DNA of 64,000 bases from Balanoglossus misakiensis (Eukaryota > Animalia > Hemichordata). The stretch is taken from positions 3,038,001-3,102,000 of the forward strand of contig CM082590.2 of NCBI GenBank assembly GCA_040954595.2, read 5' to 3'. Shown piece by piece: positions 60,940-64,000 of the stretch. The translations under genes were made by a program, and so were the position numbers. Every line of letters begins with the position of its first letter. The stretch's first letter is position 1. The notes below the pieces were generated by a model. The model had not been told where the DNA came from. It saw only the letters and a list, made by a program, of their open reading frames with translations, and did no database searches.

Positions 60940-63400
60940 CAAGAGCTCACCCAAAATTGTCAACAAATGTTTCTTCCAAAATTATCAGTGTAAAATGAAA
61001 AACAAGACTTCTGGCTCTATTGGTTAACCTGGTAATTAAGTGTTCCAGCCCTCAAAATTTGAAGGCGTTATCTGCTGTGCATGCCAAGGCAGGGAAAATA
61101 GGTTAAAGGTAACCAAAGCTAACAAAAATGTCAGAAAAAAATGTGATCGCATACTGGTGAATGTTCAAGAAAACCCAGACTCAAAGCTTCATTATCTAGT
61201 CTACAATTACGTAAGCACATATTTATAAGGTTATCATTGGTCAAGAAATTCAGCAAAAAAATTAAGTCCAATAGTAGAGCATGTTCATAAAAAATTCAAC
61301 CTGTAACAATATGGGTAAGCTCAGCATTAGATATTCACATATTTAATAAGCTCAACATTGGTCCAGTGGATTCCAAATGTAACAAAAAAAGCTAAGTCCC
61401 ATACTTGTCCATATACATCAAAAACCAAACCTCTAGTGCTATTTAGTCTAGTCGCCATAAGATATTCAGAAAAGAATACAGGTGCCAAACTTAGGACAAA
61501 GTTCAATGCCAATATTATCAAAAATTTGGGTTATGTCCTGGCAGCAGTACTATTCGTGTGAAAAATAAATCATCACTGTTTTGCTTTTCAACAAGAGGCA
61601 TATCCACGAATAATTAAGTTCTGAAAAAAAAATGGATCAAAGTACATGCGAAAGTTGCCAAAAAATGCAACGTATTCTGGTCATATGGTGACTCGTATCT
61701 ATAAAAAGAATTGGTGTGCAATCAAAGTTTTTAATCAGAATTCATAAAATCCAATTTGGCTTCAATAAACTTTAATTAAGTTCTGAAAGATCTGGATCAA
61801 AAGACAAATGAAAGTTGCCTAAAAATTTGTATTATTAAGTGTTGGAAAAACTGGATTAAAGGACATGTGCAATATGCCCAAAATGGTAACATATTCTGGT
61901 CATATAGTGAGTCATATACATATAAATAATGTTTGTGCTATCAATGAGTAGGCCATAAATAGGAAATCTTAGTTTTAAATCGTTGTTCAGAAAATCCAAT
62001 TTGGCTCCAATAAGGTTTAACCAATCACAATTCACTTGAAAACTTGATTAGAAAAAGTGTTTTAATGATATTTTTCAAAAATCTAATAAGGAATTCTAAG
62101 TCACATGACTACTAGCAATATTACAGTCAAACTTTGAACTGCACAGTATATTCGAACTTGATTGTCCCTGTAGTTTTGGAAAAGAACTGTCATCTTTTAA
62201 AGGTTATCAGAAAATCCAATATGGCCACCCTGAAGAAGACAATTAAAGGAACATGCAGCATTACAGGGACCAAAGCAGTTAGCATGGTTCCAACAGAAAG
62301 CAAACTCTGTATCTGTTGTGGATGCTTAGAAATGGTAGGTAAGCCAGAGGTCACGGAAATTTGTGGCAACAAATTTTGACATCAAACTGATCAGTGTTCA
62401 ACAAAAAAACAGACTTTTATTCTCAATTGGTTAACTAGAAAAAGCTTATGTACACAACTTTTGTGTTAAAGTTTAAAACTTTATTAGGTGTTTAAGGCCT
62501 AAAAATCTGAAGGCTGTATCTGCTGTGCAGGCCAGGTTATGGGAAAGTACATCAAAGGTCATTGCCAAAATTATCAAAATATTTGGGTTATGTCCTGGCA
62601 GCAGTAGTACTCTTTGAACAAAATCATGACTGTTGAGCTTTTTATCAAGAGCCATATCCACATAAAATTAAGTTATGGAATTACTGGATCAAAGGACATG
62701 CGAGAGTCGCCAACAAATTGTTTAATCAAATACTGAAAAAAAACTGGATCAAAGAACATATGAAAGTTGTCAAAAAATGTAACATATTCTAGTCATATGG
62801 TGACTCGTATCCACAGAAAGAATTTGTGTGCTTTCAATGAGTAGGATAAAAAAAGGAATTTTAGCTTTTAATCGGAGTTCAGAAAATCCAATTTGGCTCT
62901 GATAAGGTTAAACCAATCACAATTCACTTGAAAACTTGATTAGAAAAAGATTTTCGTAATTTTTGAATGAGATTTTTAAAAAATCCAATAAGGCACCAAA
63001 AGTCACATGACCACTAATGATATTTTATCAAACTTTCAACCGCACAGTAAATTAGAACTTGATTGGCCCTGTAGTTTATGAAAATGTCAACCTTTAAAGC
63101 TTATTAGAAAATCCAATATGGCCGCCATGAAGAAGACAATTACAACTAAAAGTAGCATTGGAGGGACCAAGGTGTTAAGCATGGTTCCAACAGAAAGCAG
63201 AGGCTGTGTCTGTTGTGGATGCCCAGAAATGGTAAAGTACGCCAGAGGTGAGGCAAAATGTGCCAACAAAATTTGATACCAAACTGATCAGTGTCCAACA
63301 AAAAGCAGACTTCTACGCTTTATTGGTTAACTTTAAATAGCTCATATACATAATTAGTGTGTTAAAGTTAACACATGCACTTCATTAGGTGTTCCAGTCC
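60940..63400 (+). repeat. Old diverged tandem duplications, ~0.9-1.4 kb units
   Basis: TTTGGGTTATGTCCTGGCAGCAGTA at ~61525 and ~62583; AGAAAATCCAATATGGCC..GAAGAAGACAATT at ~62209 and ~63106; AACCAATCACAATTCACTTGAAAACTTGATTAGAAAAAG at ~62019 and ~62911. Confidence 0.8.
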
Positions 63401-63409
63401 TCTAAATTT

Positions 63410-64000
63410 ACAAGTGACCTATTGGTCAAATGAGCTCTGCTGACCTTAACAGTGTAACCTGGGCGATGATATGAATACCCTAGGTTTTAATTCATAACAA
63501 TTGTATTCTATTGAACAAAACCAAACATAGACATCACAAGTATTTATGCAAATTCAGCTTGATTCATTGCACTAAAGAAAGAAAGAATTGAATTCTAAAG
63601 AACAACATCAAAAGGAAGTACCAATGTTCTAATTTGCATATTCATGACCCCATCAAAATTCCAATAAAACAAAATCAGGTAGGGGCACCATAACACACAT
63701 TCTACCAAATTTCAACTCCATCGTACATGTATTTAGGGAGAAGATTTTTTTACCAAAAATTATATTTTTAGATCTAATTTGCATATTTATGACCCCATCA
63801 TATCCAAATTAGCAAAATCAGGTAGGGGCACCATAACACACATTCCTACTAAATTTCAGCGCCATCGTACATGTAGTTAGGGAGAAGAAGATTTTTGACC
63901 AAAAATTCTATTTTTAGATCTAATTTGCATATTTATGACCCCATCATATCCAAATTAGCAAAATCAGGTAGGGGCACCATAACACACATTCCTACTAAAT
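63410..64000 (+). mobile_element. Probable Helentron-associated non-autonomous element (HINE) with a 145-146 bp internal tandem array, running off the window
   Basis: Starts ACAAGTGACC-TATT-GGTCA (short hairpin); CTAATTTGCATATT...AAATCAGGTAGGGGCACCATAACACACATT units at 63629, 63774 and 63920. The tandem is certain; the HINE assignment is inference. Confidence 0.6.

Overview
AT-rich eukaryotic (invertebrate metazoan-like) DNA made almost entirely of mobile and repetitive sequence; no host gene or RNA gene is supported. (1) 1-16570: most of a Kolobok-type DNA transposon. Its right TIR and TTAA are at 16385-16574 and its left end lies before the window. It carries a 14-exon transposase gene (minus strand, ~789 aa, intact when spliced by hand) tail-to-tail with a 4-exon P2X7-C-terminus-like (KolX-type) gene. 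Its introns hold a complete Gypsy LTR element, two TTAA-flanked non-autonomous elements and a hairpin element. (2) ~19490-58496: a ~191-196 bp satellite with a ~5.8 kb higher-order repeat, interrupted by an intact Gypsy element (30173-35019) and an apparently intact PAT-like tyrosine-recombinase retrotransposon (43135-49114). (3) Flanks with SINE remnants, a MITE, minisatellites and a probable HINE. The most notable observations concern the YR retrotransposon. Its gag, pol and YR ORFs do not overlap, and each is preceded by an in-frame (phase 0) splice acceptor that fits one shared 80-codon leader exon. Its internal circle junction is a perfect 11-6-11 bp recombinase-type site, and one arm is matched by the satellite at the insertion point. 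All splice models are read by eye and untested.
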